A DNA stretch of 64,000 bases from a virus (lineage: Duplodnaviria > Caudoviricetes), in the IMG/VR virus record IMGVR_UViG_3300025120_010521; one strand, given 5' to 3'. The notes under the pieces were generated by a model. That model was not told where the DNA came from. It worked only from the letters and a program-made list of their open reading frames with translations, and did not search any database. Below are positions 17,520 to 27,232 of this stretch, one piece after another. Both the position numbers and the translations under genes were made by a program. Position 1 is the first letter of the stretch. Every line of letters begins with the position of its first letter.

Positions 17520-19000
17520 GAATATACCCTCACTTTATGTTGTTGTTCAAATGCGTCTGCATGTTGTCTTGTGTTTACTAACGGTTCACCTTTAATATTT
17601 AGGCTAGTGTTTAATAATATTGGACATCCTGTTTGATCATAGAACTTTTTAATTAAATTATAAAATCCTGGTGCTTCTTTTTGTGTTACTGTTTGTACAC
17701 GAGAAGTACCATCAGCATGTATTATTGCTGGAAACTCTTGTGGCTTTCTACATATAGCAACTGCCTGCATATATGGTGATTCTGTAATACCTCCTGGCAT
17801 TGTAAAATATTGATGAACATGTTCTTCAAGAATAGCAGGAGCAAATGGTCTAAACTTTTGTCTTTTTTTAATGTCATTTACTCTATCTTTTATTTCAGTG
17901 CCTCGAGGATCAGCAAGTAGACTTCTATTACCTAATGCTCTTGGTCCAAACTCTGCTTTGCCACTTGCTACACCAATAATATTTCCATTTAATAATGCAT
18001 CACAGGCAGAATCTACAGGATAATCACCTTCAATATTTGTACCTAAGAAAGGTCCTTGCCAATCTAACTTATCGCCATAACCTATTGCCGCGGCTCCTAA
18101 TGAATTACCTGCGTCGCCTGGGTTAGGCATAATCCATATATTTGGATTTTTATTATACATTAATGAATTAGCTACACAATTAAGTGCAACTCCTCCCATC
18201 CATACAATGTTTTTTTGTGAACTATATGAACGTGCTATTTCAAATAGTGTAAGAATTTTCTTTTCAATAACTTGTTGAATTGATGCCGCAACGTCATATG
18301 AAAACTGATGATCAATCAACGGCATGTGTGCCATCCATTCCTCAATACCTGCATGAACATTCATTGTTAGTTTCAAAGGATCTTTTTTATCAAAGAAATG
18401 CTTTTCAATATCTTTTGCATACTTTGGTTCTCCATAGGCCGCCATGCCCATTAAAATGTATTCTTCTTCGTTTGCTTTTAATCCAACTCTTTGTGTGAAT
18501 GCTGAATACAATAACCCCAACGAGTGTGGATATTGGTATGTCTTTAATCTTTTTAATCCGTTTGGTGCTGTATATTCCCATATTGACATAGTATCAAACT
18601 CTCCAATAGCATCAGCAACAATAACACAGGCACTATTGTAAGGTGATGTATATGCTCCTGCGGCCGCGTGTGCTTTATGATGTTCTACATATTCTAACTT
18701 ATGTGGTACCATATGTTGGAACTGTTTCATATATTGTGATGGTAAGTTAGACGTTTGAAATAATTCATTCCATTGCCCAGAAACCATTTGTCTACGTTTT
18801 TTTAGCCAAGGTCTTTCATGCCATATAACCTTATCTGGATCACCATGTTCTAATGCTTCATTTATTATTTCATCGCACAAGTAAGGATCATTTTTTATTC
18901 TTGTGTATCTTTCTGTATGACCAGCAAATACTATTTGATTGTCTTTTATTACAGATAAAGATCCATCATGACCTAAACCACATATACCCCAAGTTATCAT
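17516..19000 (-). CDS. Carbamoyltransferase (NodU/CmcH family)
   Basis: GHDGS, HHKAHAA, GGVALNC, EFGPRALGNRS, FRPFAP, NTSLN. Confidence 0.92.
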   Translation of the reverse strand: MITWGICGLGHDGSLSVIKDNQIVFAGHTERYTRIKNDPYLCDEIINEALEHGDPDKVIWHERPWLKKRRQMVSGQWNELFQTSNLPSQYMKQFQHMVPHKLEYVEHHKAHAAAGAYTSPYNSACVIVADAIGEFDTMSIWEYTAPNGLKRLKTYQYPHSLGLLYSAFTQRVGLKANEEEYILMGMAAYGEPKYAKDIEKHFFDKKDPLKLTMNVHAGIEEWMAHMPLIDHQFSYDVAASIQQVIEKKILTLFEIARSYSSQKNIVWMGGVALNCVANSLMYNKNPNIWIMPNPGDAGNSLGAAAIGYGDKLDWQGPFLGTNIEGDYPVDSACDALLNGNIIGVASGKAEFGPRALGNRSLLADPRGTEIKDRVNDIKKRQKFRPFAPAILEEHVHQYFTMPGGITESPYMQAVAICRKPQEFPAIIHADGTSRVQTVTQKEAPGFYNLIKKFYDQTGCPILLNTSLNIKGEPLVNTRQHADAFEQQHKVRVYS

Positions 19001-19515
19001 TTTGCACTCACCATTAATTGTTTTACTTCATATGATTGATCAATAATCCATTTTATTGTTTCAACTATATCTTTATATGACAGCTTTGCTCCATCATAGT
19101 CTTTGTTAAATTCTGTATCAACATACCCTAGTCCTAGTGTTGTAATTTTACATTTACGTTGTTGATTGTGTAACAATTCAACTTGCGAATGTAATGCAAC
19201 TTTCTCTACAGGATATTGCTGGTGCACTACTTGCCAGTTACTATAAGGAACTGTATCAACACCAATGTTAATTATTAATTTGCTATAATCTTTCCATGCT
19301 GTAAAAACATCATTTAACAATTCTACTTGTCCAAATCCTTCATGTGCATTATTAATAAACACATCACAATCATTAATAGCATGAACTATTTTAGTTCTTG
19401 AATTTTTATCAGTAATATCAAATCCTTGTGATTTACTTAATCCAATACTATTTGGAAATGCATCATAGATTGCCTTACCAATTCTTTTTGTGTGTCCAGT
19501 AATTGCTACTTTCAT
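18997..19515 (-). CDS. Short-chain dehydrogenase/reductase-like protein
   Basis: KVAITGHTKRIG, FINNAH, YxxxK (YPVEK). Confidence 0.75.
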   Translation of the reverse strand: MKVAITGHTKRIGKAIYDAFPNSIGLSKSQGFDITDKNSRTKIVHAINDCDVFINNAHEGFGQVELLNDVFTAWKDYSKLIINIGVDTVPYSNWQVVHQQYPVEKVALHSQVELLHNQQRKCKITTLGLGYVDTEFNKDYDGAKLSYKDIVETIKWIIDQSYEVKQLMVSAK

Positions 19516-19874
19516 TCTTTTAAATATCCTTTTCTTATTTGTGTAGCACTAATTTTATGAATTTCTTCACCAAGGTCATGTTTAGTAAACGTATATCCTA
19601 CATCTCTTCCATAACTAATATCTACAATATTCGGAACACTAATAATATCATAATCGTGTTTAAATACGTATCCTTCTTTTGATAAATGCTCTTGTATTTT
19701 TAAACCAACCTGACCTCCTGCATATGGATTACTGTTATTAACTTCCATATCACGTATCATTATTACCACTTGCCCAGTTTCATTCATTGCTTTTTTAAAT
19801 AAAGCTGTATGCCCATCATGCCATGGTTGAAATCTTCCTAGCATTTGTGCTGTTGGTTTTTTACTATTGTACAC
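19512..19874 (-). CDS. Cytidylyltransferase-like (HxGH) nucleotidyltransferase
   Basis: GRFQPWHDGH and ISATQIR motifs. Confidence 0.85.
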   Translation of the reverse strand: MYNSKKPTAQMLGRFQPWHDGHTALFKKAMNETGQVVIMIRDMEVNNSNPYAGGQVGLKIQEHLSKEGYVFKHDYDIISVPNIVDISYGRDVGYTFTKHDLGEEIHKISATQIRKGYLKE

Positions 19875-19876
19875 AA

Positions 19877-20743
19877 TTAAATCCTTTCATATGCTGGTGT
19901 TAAGCACACTCGGTTTATACCATTTTCTCTTTTAAATCTATCCCATTCAGCATCTGTTGTAGTTCCTAACAGATATGAATCACTTGGTTGTAAGTTAAAT
20001 TGTTTACATAATGTTTGTTGCATTTTGTTATATTCTTCTTTTTTTGCAAACACACTACTACTTATTATTACCGCTCTAAATACATCAATTATTGCATGGT
20101 TAAAATATCCAACTCCTTGCAATTCTTGTTGTACTAATTCTGGTTCTCTAACAAAACGTACACCTGCTCTTAATAATCCAAGCCCATATGGTTTTGAACA
20201 ACTCCAAAATACTTCTTTAACATTTTCATATAATTTTATTTTATGTGGTCCTGTGGTTCCAGCAAATGCTAAATCTAAATATATTGGGCATTGTTGTCTT
20301 TCACCAACTTCATCATATCTTTTATCAAAGTTTCCTGTTGCACTAAATGGATTACTCATATACAAAGGTACACTAGATAATAAGTCATTAACAGATTTAG
20401 CAACATGTACTGGTTTTTTTATAAATGTTGGGTATCTATATTCTCCTTCAAATACTTGATACTGCGTAACTTTATTACACATCCAATCAATACTTTCATG
20501 TATACCATTTGTAGGATACCCCCATCTTAGTTCCGATAAGTCAATAAGCGGATTTAAATAATTTCTAATTTGATTTTGACAGTTTTCCCAACGTACACGT
20601 CTTTTTACAGATGGTGTTTTATCATTCTCGTTTGTACTTTCAATATAAGAACCATATGTACTAGATAGCATAGTTTTAATAGCCATATCGGTTGGTGAAT
20701 GTATTGCTTTACTTTTACCAAATGTTTCGTTTGTTATTTTCAT
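19877..20743 (-). CDS. PLP-dependent aminotransferase/decarboxylase-like protein
   Basis: SNP, YLDLAF (DxA) and SCSKPYGLGLLRAG (SxSK...R). Confidence 0.6.
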   Translation of the reverse strand: MKITNETFGKSKAIHSPTDMAIKTMLSSTYGSYIESTNENDKTPSVKRRVRWENCQNQIRNYLNPLIDLSELRWGYPTNGIHESIDWMCNKVTQYQVFEGEYRYPTFIKKPVHVAKSVNDLLSSVPLYMSNPFSATGNFDKRYDEVGERQQCPIYLDLAFAGTTGPHKIKLYENVKEVFWSCSKPYGLGLLRAGVRFVREPELVQQELQGVGYFNHAIIDVFRAVIISSSVFAKKEEYNKMQQTLCKQFNLQPSDSYLLGTTTDAEWDRFKRENGINRVCLTPAYERI

Positions 20744-20745
20744 AT

Positions 20746-21408
20746 CTACCTTTGCTTCATATTTTTACACACACCTGCAAGTGTTTCTTCATTTACATCA
20801 ACATTAACAACTAACCAATACGCAGGATCAGGTGTTGTATTAAAAAGATAATGCATTTTAGCAGTATCAACAAAATATAAGATTCCTTGTTGCCATTGTA
20901 AAACTTTATCTTCTAATATAAATGTCATACCAGGAGTGTCACAATTCTTTAACGGCATTATTAATCTAAATGTATCAAAAATTAATTTATTTGATTGATG
21001 AAAATCATATTCATCTGGATGATCTCTATGTGGAGGAAAAAATCCACCTGTGTTTAATTTTAAAATATGTGTTCTAAATATATGTCCTTTAAATGGTTCT
21101 AAACATTCTTGTAATGACTGCCAATCAAATACCGGCGTTGGTGTTTTAAAGTCTCTTTCGGTCCACTCTGTTCCATTTTCTTTATTATATTCATATACAC
21201 TATCTAAATCTGGTCTACCAGATAGTCCGCCATCTAAACTTGTAATACTTAAACCTTCTCTAGGATAACTTTTTCTTGGATTATACTGTACATAATCAAA
21301 CTGTTTTTCAGTCCAATCAATAAATGCAGAAGAATCCTTCATACGAAGTTTTAAAGGATACTGTGCTCCAAATGTTATTAGATCTCTGTATAAACTGTTT
21401 TTACTCAT
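20746..21408 (-). CDS. Asp/Asn beta-hydroxylase-like 2OG-Fe(II) oxygenase
   Basis: GGFFPPHRD...LYFVDTAKMHYLFN. Confidence 0.7.
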   Translation of the reverse strand: MSKNSLYRDLITFGAQYPLKLRMKDSSAFIDWTEKQFDYVQYNPRKSYPREGLSITSLDGGLSGRPDLDSVYEYNKENGTEWTERDFKTPTPVFDWQSLQECLEPFKGHIFRTHILKLNTGGFFPPHRDHPDEYDFHQSNKLIFDTFRLIMPLKNCDTPGMTFILEDKVLQWQQGILYFVDTAKMHYLFNTTPDPAYWLVVNVDVNEETLAGVCKNMKQR

Positions 21409-22571
21409 TCGTATGTTTTATCTCCTGGCCATAATGGTAATTTAGTTCCTTTGGCTCTCTTTGGTATTTTTGAATCAGCACTTGATACACAGCTTTGTGA
21501 AATACAAGTCTGTGGCTTATCAAATAGTTTAAATCCTGTTTCAATATTTCCAAGAGGCTTATCGTGACAACTGTAACTTCTTTTTATACTACCATCTGGT
21601 TCTCTAATAATAATTGATCTATACCCTGACGAGCATTCCCATCCTTCAAATTTATTAAAATTAAATGCGTTAAATCTTTCTGCTTGATCCATAAAGTAAG
21701 GATTGTTTTCTTTGTCTCTAAATTCAACTTGAAAGTGTTGTGGTACTCCTTCCGAGTATGTTTGTTTTTGCATAGTACGATCATCATCTATTTTAAACGT
21801 TGGCTTTGGTCTTTTTACATGTTGATTTTTTTCTTCAGTAAATCCACGTTGTGGCATTCCGTTATGTAACTTGTCAAGCATTTCTTTCGTGTAGCCATGG
21901 ACAACTTCTGATGCTGTTGGATCGCTTTGAGCTTTGAGCGTAACGTTAATACCTCTATTGTGGAAATATAATGATTCCTCGTATAGTTCATTAAACCATT
22001 CTGGAACCATAACTTGGTTAATTGTAACTTGGACATCGTGTTCTTGTGCGAAGCATAACTTATCGGCAAAATCTGCTCTTTTTTCTTTTGAGTTAACGTG
22101 TTCCCTGTGGTATGAAGCCGTGATACTGGCTCTATGGAACGGTGCGACTGCTTTAACATATTGTTCAAACCATTTCATGTTTCTACTGCAATTACTTGTC
22201 ATATGGACAGAAGTATAATTAGTGTTTTTTGTATCATCAGCAAGATGCTGAAGAATATCAAGGTAACCAGGATGAAACGTAGGCTCGCCTCCAGAAAGAC
22301 TGAAGTGGAAACTATTAAATCCTCTATCTCTTGCTTGTCTTTTAATCTCGTCAATGGTAGCAAGACAAAGCTCAGTAGGCCTATGATCTTTTCTGTCACT
22401 TCTAGCATACGGCCAACAGTAGCTACACCTGTAATTACAAAACCTACCAAGAAGCCAACTGACTGTAAAAAGATCCCTGTAAAGCATAGTACGTTGTCCA
22501 ACACGTACGAGATTGTTGTACGGAATTTGTGTAAAATCATATTCACTCCATTTTAAATCACTCATTGCCAA
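21405..22571 (-). CDS. Radical SAM protein
   Basis: CNYRCSYC, LSGGEPT, C-terminal C...C...C...C. Confidence 0.88.
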   Translation of the reverse strand: MAMSDLKWSEYDFTQIPYNNLVRVGQRTMLYRDLFTVSWLLGRFCNYRCSYCWPYARSDRKDHRPTELCLATIDEIKRQARDRGFNSFHFSLSGGEPTFHPGYLDILQHLADDTKNTNYTSVHMTSNCSRNMKWFEQYVKAVAPFHRASITASYHREHVNSKEKRADFADKLCFAQEHDVQVTINQVMVPEWFNELYEESLYFHNRGINVTLKAQSDPTASEVVHGYTKEMLDKLHNGMPQRGFTEEKNQHVKRPKPTFKIDDDRTMQKQTYSEGVPQHFQVEFRDKENNPYFMDQAERFNAFNFNKFEGWECSSGYRSIIIREPDGSIKRSYSCHDKPLGNIETGFKLFDKPQTCISQSCVSSADSKIPKRAKGTKLPLWPGDKTYE

Positions 22572-23791
22572 TAGTCCTTAAATTCTGGATACACTTCTAG
22601 AAAATTAGTTTTGTTTAATCTATCCATGGTTTCAATATATTCCCTTGTTGATTTTGGCAATGTATCATTGTTTATATCAGTATTATTCATATAATCTAAT
22701 ACATAGTTTGACCATTTAATTATTTTGGCCAAACGGTTCTCCTTAATATTTTCTAAACTTTCTATTTTATTATAAACTCTTTTTGTTATAATGTCTTTCA
22801 TTTTCTTTGGTATATATTGAATATTTAGAGCTTCTGGGTATTGTACCAAACTACAATGAAAGGAACAATCCAAAGATGTATAATAATCAATAATATCATC
22901 AAATCTAGAAATATTGTACAACGAAACTGTACATGTTGTTGTTAAATTAAAAACTTCTTGTGATAATTTAGATTTTAATGTTTTTATATTATCTTCAACT
23001 GCTTGTAAATTACTTCCTGTTCTTAAATAACTGTGTATTTTTTTATCACCATCTAAACTTACACGACAGTTTATCTTTTTAAATTTACTCCAAAGGTCAC
23101 TAATATGCTTATCCTTTAATACTATATTGTTTAAATTTGTATTATATTCTAGTGTAATGTTATGAGCATAGGGTAAAAGTTTTTCTAATGCATCATAATG
23201 CTGTGGCTGTATCAAAGGCTCGCCACCTGCTATAATTATTTCTTCTACTCTTGGTCCTATGTCATTTACTACTTGATTAAATGTTTCTATAGGTAATTTT
23301 GCTATGCCTCTCCATGTGCTGGTTTCAGTTAGTTGATATTTGTCAAACAAACGTTTAACCTCATCATGCTTGTTAACTGCTACTGCCCAAGTTGAACTGT
23401 ATATCGAAGAACAATGTCTACATCTTAGATCACACACATTACCAAAACGTAATTCAATTGTTTTAACGTTCATAGGTAATTCACCGTCATTTACTTCTTT
23501 TAATACTTGAGGAATATGCTTTTCATAGTCTTGATTACATTGTTGCCTAGTTGATATGACATTTGCTTTTTCCATATCCCAACAACTTTTACAGCCGTCA
23601 TGCTGTACTCCATTCATTAAATTATCACGTATTTTTTTATAGTTGTCATTGTTCCATATTTCTTTTAAAGTTTTATCTCCATAATGTCCTAGCGAATCAT
23701 GATTACGCCAACAAGCACTTACAAAGCCTTTTGGCTTTAGGTTCATGTGTATAAATGGCATTATACAAAATGTATTTGATTGTTTGCTCAT
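22562..23791 (-). CDS. Radical SAM protein with N-terminal twitch-like domain (start probably 23791 rather than 23830)
   Basis: FCIMPF...ACW...CKSC; CDLRCRHC; AGGEP; the ATG at 23791 gives an ATGA overlap with the upstream stop. Confidence 0.85.
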   Translation of the reverse strand: MSKQSNTFCIMPFIHMNLKPKGFVSACWRNHDSLGHYGDKTLKEIWNNDNYKKIRDNLMNGVQHDGCKSCWDMEKANVISTRQQCNQDYEKHIPQVLKEVNDGELPMNVKTIELRFGNVCDLRCRHCSSIYSSTWAVAVNKHDEVKRLFDKYQLTETSTWRGIAKLPIETFNQVVNDIGPRVEEIIIAGGEPLIQPQHYDALEKLLPYAHNITLEYNTNLNNIVLKDKHISDLWSKFKKINCRVSLDGDKKIHSYLRTGSNLQAVEDNIKTLKSKLSQEVFNLTTTCTVSLYNISRFDDIIDYYTSLDCSFHCSLVQYPEALNIQYIPKKMKDIITKRVYNKIESLENIKENRLAKIIKWSNYVLDYMNNTDINNDTLPKSTREYIETMDRLNKTNFLEVYPEFKDYWQ

Positions 23792-25035
23792 GTCAATGCC
23801 TCTGATAGTTCTAAAAAAGTAGTACGCCAATTCTCATTACGAACACTATCAATTAGATTTGCTTTCTCAAAGAACTCTGTCGACAGATCACTAGAAGCAT
23901 AATTTAATCCTTTTAATATTTTATCATAACTTTTTTCTATAATAGATATTAATTCCTTATTACTTTGATATGTTAACAATAACTGATCTTTATGTTGTAA
24001 TACTAAATTTTTAATTTTAGATTGATTAGATATACTTAAATTTGATAATGACAGATACTGTGGTGTTTGTGCTAAATGTAAATCTAAAAAGTTTTTTGTT
24101 ATAATACTTTTTGGAAAATAATTAGCTATCCAATTAATAAACTCTTTTAGATACAAAACATTATATATTGTTAAGGTATGTCCAATTACAACTGAAACGT
24201 TTGTATGCTGTTGACTTACATCTACCCACTTTGTAGCTGATTCTGTAACCTTATCCCATTGCGAACCTTTTCTTAAAAACTCTGCTCGTTTTTCAATTGC
24301 ATCTAAACTTAGATCTATTTTAGCACTTTTAAAATTTGGTATTAGTTTTCTATATTGATCTTTTGGAAAGAAAGAACAATTTGTAAAAACTTCTAAATGT
24401 ATATTTTTTGCTATATCCCACTTAACTAAATTAGCTAGAAAAGTTTGAAATTGATCATTTAAAAAAGGTTCACCGCCTGTTGCTTTTACATTTTTTAAAT
24501 GTTTTACTGTATCAAATGATATTGTCGATAACGATTGATTTGTTTTTGGAAGTTGTTTTATATTAATATATTCGTGGTGTTCATTTCCAAAAAAGTTTTT
24601 TATTAGTTCACTATCTTTATCTAAATCTTCATCCCATGTTGTTGATAGTTTTGGTCCACATGATCTACATTTTAAATTACAATACCTACCTGTTTGTATT
24701 TCAAGAAACTCTAACTGTGTTTCATCATATTTAGGGTTTTGTTTATAATCATAACTTATTTCACCATTTGTATCAATAGCACTTTCACGCATTGATTTTA
24801 TACCAGCTTGTTCATCTTGATAACATCTCCAACATCCTTTAATTTGTTTACCTTCTAATGATTTTTTTCTTAACGTATCCCATATCTTATTGTATCCATT
24901 ATCAAAAGACTTTGAATATTCTAATGAATCATCTTTATATCGACAGCATGGAACAATAGAGCTATCAGGAACCTGCATGACAGCACCCCGAAAAAGGTAT
25001 GGACAGTAAGTTTTATTGTTTTTTAGATCAATCAT
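23788..25035 (-). CDS. Radical SAM protein with N-terminal twitch-like domain
   Basis: YCPYLF...PCCRY...CWRC; CNLKCRSC; TGGEP. Confidence 0.85.
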   Translation of the reverse strand: MIDLKNNKTYCPYLFRGAVMQVPDSSIVPCCRYKDDSLEYSKSFDNGYNKIWDTLRKKSLEGKQIKGCWRCYQDEQAGIKSMRESAIDTNGEISYDYKQNPKYDETQLEFLEIQTGRYCNLKCRSCGPKLSTTWDEDLDKDSELIKNFFGNEHHEYINIKQLPKTNQSLSTISFDTVKHLKNVKATGGEPFLNDQFQTFLANLVKWDIAKNIHLEVFTNCSFFPKDQYRKLIPNFKSAKIDLSLDAIEKRAEFLRKGSQWDKVTESATKWVDVSQQHTNVSVVIGHTLTIYNVLYLKEFINWIANYFPKSIITKNFLDLHLAQTPQYLSLSNLSISNQSKIKNLVLQHKDQLLLTYQSNKELISIIEKSYDKILKGLNYASSDLSTEFFEKANLIDSVRNENWRTTFLELSEALT

Positions 25036-25158
25036 TTTTTTATAAGTATACAGTAAAATCTTAATTAAATCAATATAAAGTGTGTACTTTATATATTTAC
25101 CACTTGCATTCTATGATAAATATATGTATAATATTGCTTATTAGGAGAAATAATTAAA

Positions 25159-25974
25159 ATGTTAGTACGTAAAAAATATCAATTACCAACAATGTGGAAA
25201 TTTGAGAACCATAAGTTTGACATCGAACGATTAAAGAAAGAAGCACTTGTTTTAGCTAATGACTATGGTAATGTGATGGACACTAATAAAGCATTATGTT
25301 CAAACAATCACGAATTAGTTATGAGTGTGTATAAACATTTTAAACAAATTAATCTTACAGAATTTGATCCGCAAGGAGAAGCACCTACTGTTGAGTCTTG
25401 TGAAGTAATGGGTAAGACTGCGGGAACTGGTGATGAAGCAATTAGTAAAATTGCAAAATATAGGTTAAAAGCAAGACGTGGAGAAAACTTAGATCCAGCA
25501 TTAAACGAGCATAACTATAATACTCCTACTGAAAAGTATAAAGGTACATACTTTGAAGAAGTAGTAAACTCTTTTAATTCAGATGCAATAAGAGTAAGAC
25601 TTGTAAGGTTAGATCCCGGCAAGACTCTTACGCCACATATTGATTACGATCCGACTTATGCTGTAAGAGTTATTATTCCTATCTTTGCAGAAGAAGAAGC
25701 AACAAATTACTTTTGGAGAAAAAGTAAAGAAGAAGCATATCATTTAAAAGCAGATGGTTCAGCATATTTCTTAAATATAGGATTTACTCATACTGTAGTA
25801 AATTCTGGAAATACACCAAGAATTAGCTTAATGTTTAGTTTAAAAGATCAATCAGACTTACAAGAAATACCAGAGAATGATTGGAATGAAAATAACAACA
25901 TGGGCAACTTGCAAATACAAAAAGCATATAAAGAACATAAGGCCCAGGCAGATGCCCAACCATTGGCTGTTTAA
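25159..25974 (+). CDS. Asp/Asn beta-hydroxylase-like 2OG-Fe(II) oxygenase
   Basis: LTPHIDY...FLNIGFTHTVVN...PRISL. Confidence 0.7.
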   Translation: MLVRKKYQLPTMWKFENHKFDIERLKKEALVLANDYGNVMDTNKALCSNNHELVMSVYKHFKQINLTEFDPQGEAPTVESCEVMGKTAGTGDEAISKIAKYRLKARRGENLDPALNEHNYNTPTEKYKGTYFEEVVNSFNSDAIRVRLVRLDPGKTLTPHIDYDPTYAVRVIIPIFAEEEATNYFWRKSKEEAYHLKADGSAYFLNIGFTHTVVNSGNTPRISLMFSLKDQSDLQEIPENDWNENNNMGNLQIQKAYKEHKAQADAQPLAV

Positions 25975-26278
25975 AACAGAAGTAAAAGAATCAAATATAC
26001 ACGGACAAGGAAGGTTTGCATTAGAAAACATTCCAATTGGTCGACAGGTAGTTGAGCTTAAAGGCTCTATTGTTCCAAAAGAACAAGCACCTCAAAAATT
26101 TCCTGTTAGTTTAACTCACAACATGGATTGTGAAGATACATTTATTAATCACAGCGAAGATTCAAATTTAGCATACTTAGGTGGTACTAGTTTTGTTTCT
26201 GCTAAAAATATAAAAAAGGGTGAAGAATTAACTATGGACTATAAAGAATTTGCTGGTGATAGAAAATTTTTATTCTAA
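25952..26278 (+). CDS. Stand-alone SET-domain protein (lysine methyltransferase fold)
   Basis: SNIHGQGRFA...FINHS..SN...IKKGEELTMDY; start taken at ATG 25952. Confidence 0.85.
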   Translation: MPNHWLFKTEVKESNIHGQGRFALENIPIGRQVVELKGSIVPKEQAPQKFPVSLTHNMDCEDTFINHSEDSNLAYLGGTSFVSAKNIKKGEELTMDYKEFAGDRKFLF

Positions 26279-26388
26279 TGAACGATCCATTAAGTTATAA
26301 ACTTAAAAAACTTATTGAGTGGCTATTAATACAGCAGGTTCCTGCTATTTTAGTAATACTATTTTTAATTTACTACTTTATATTTTAA
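26278..26388 (+). CDS. Small membrane protein (36 aa), not in ORF track
   Basis: MNDPLSYKLKKLIEWLLIQQVPAILVILFLIYYFIF; TAATG coupling to the SET gene. Confidence 0.5.
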   Translation: MNDPLSYKLKKLIEWLLIQQVPAILVILFLIYYFIF

Positions 26389-26525
26389 TCTTGTTTTTCA
26401 ATTAATTTTGCAAAATACTTTGTTAAAGGATTATTTGGCTGATAGTGGTTATATTCTGAACGTACATATTTACGTTTTTTAACTGTTGTTTTACGTTTCT
26501 GTTTCTTTTTTTGACTATCCTGCAT
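26385..26525 (-). CDS. Small basic protein (46 aa), not in ORF track
   Basis: MQDSQKKKQKRKTTVKKRKYVRSEYNHYQPNNPLTKYFAKLIEKQD; GATAAATA 8 nt upstream. Confidence 0.5.
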   Translation of the reverse strand: MQDSQKKKQKRKTTVKKRKYVRSEYNHYQPNNPLTKYFAKLIEKQD

Positions 26526-26542
26526 CAAAGCAATATTTATCA

Positions 26543-27232
26543 TTATTGATTAAATTTTGCTTTCCAATCCATATTAGCAAATGGCCAGCCTGTAATAACA
26601 ACACGACAATTTGGTTTAGCATTTGTAACAGGATTTACATAATGAGCTGATCCTACTCGCATTAGCACACAAGAGTTTCTTTTTGGTTTAATTGCTAATG
26701 GACCTACTAGATAAGGGTCTTGTTTTGATTCTTTAAATAATTTTGTTTTAAATTCTTCCCAGTTTTCTTTTTCTTCAGGATGAAAGTTAAAATGATCTGC
26801 TAACATATATTCGTTTGGCAATACTAATTCGCCGCCTTCTTCATTTGTTAGATAATGTATAAAAACAAATTCACCATATATATCTTTACGTTCAGTGTGG
26901 ACATTATATATACTTTTTGGATTAAATGTTTTAGTAGTAAATTGTAAAACATTTTTTTCATTTATATCTTCTATTAGTATTGGTTTATATACATCTGCTA
27001 ATATTTCATTTAGTTTATTAATTACTGCTAATACTATATCATTATCTTGATGTACATTATATTTTACATGATTATAATTGTAGTATGACTTACTAATAAT
27101 ATGTGGTTGTTCATTACCATCTAGTTCTTTAGTTTCTGATTCACGGATATGACTTAATGCTTTGTCTACAAGAGCATCATCGATAAAATGTTCTGTGTGC
27201 CATACTTCATCATAAACTAATTCATTCCACAT
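26543..27232 (-). CDS. 2OG-Fe(II) oxygenase (prolyl-hydroxylase-like)
   Basis: YNVHTE...GGELV...KPKRN...AHYVNP...RVVI. Confidence 0.65.
   Translation of the reverse strand: MWNELVYDEVWHTEHFIDDALVDKALSHIRESETKELDGNEQPHIISKSYYNYNHVKYNVHQDNDIVLAVINKLNEILADVYKPILIEDINEKNVLQFTTKTFNPKSIYNVHTERKDIYGEFVFIHYLTNEEGGELVLPNEYMLADHFNFHPEEKENWEEFKTKLFKESKQDPYLVGPLAIKPKRNSCVLMRVGSAHYVNPVTNAKPNCRVVITGWPFANMDWKAKFNQ

Noticed and set aside
22134-22556. Long alternative-frame ORFs (140 aa +, 115 aa -) inside a radical SAM gene
   Set aside because: Explained by locally higher GC reducing stop codons; the host frame has an intact radical SAM motif.
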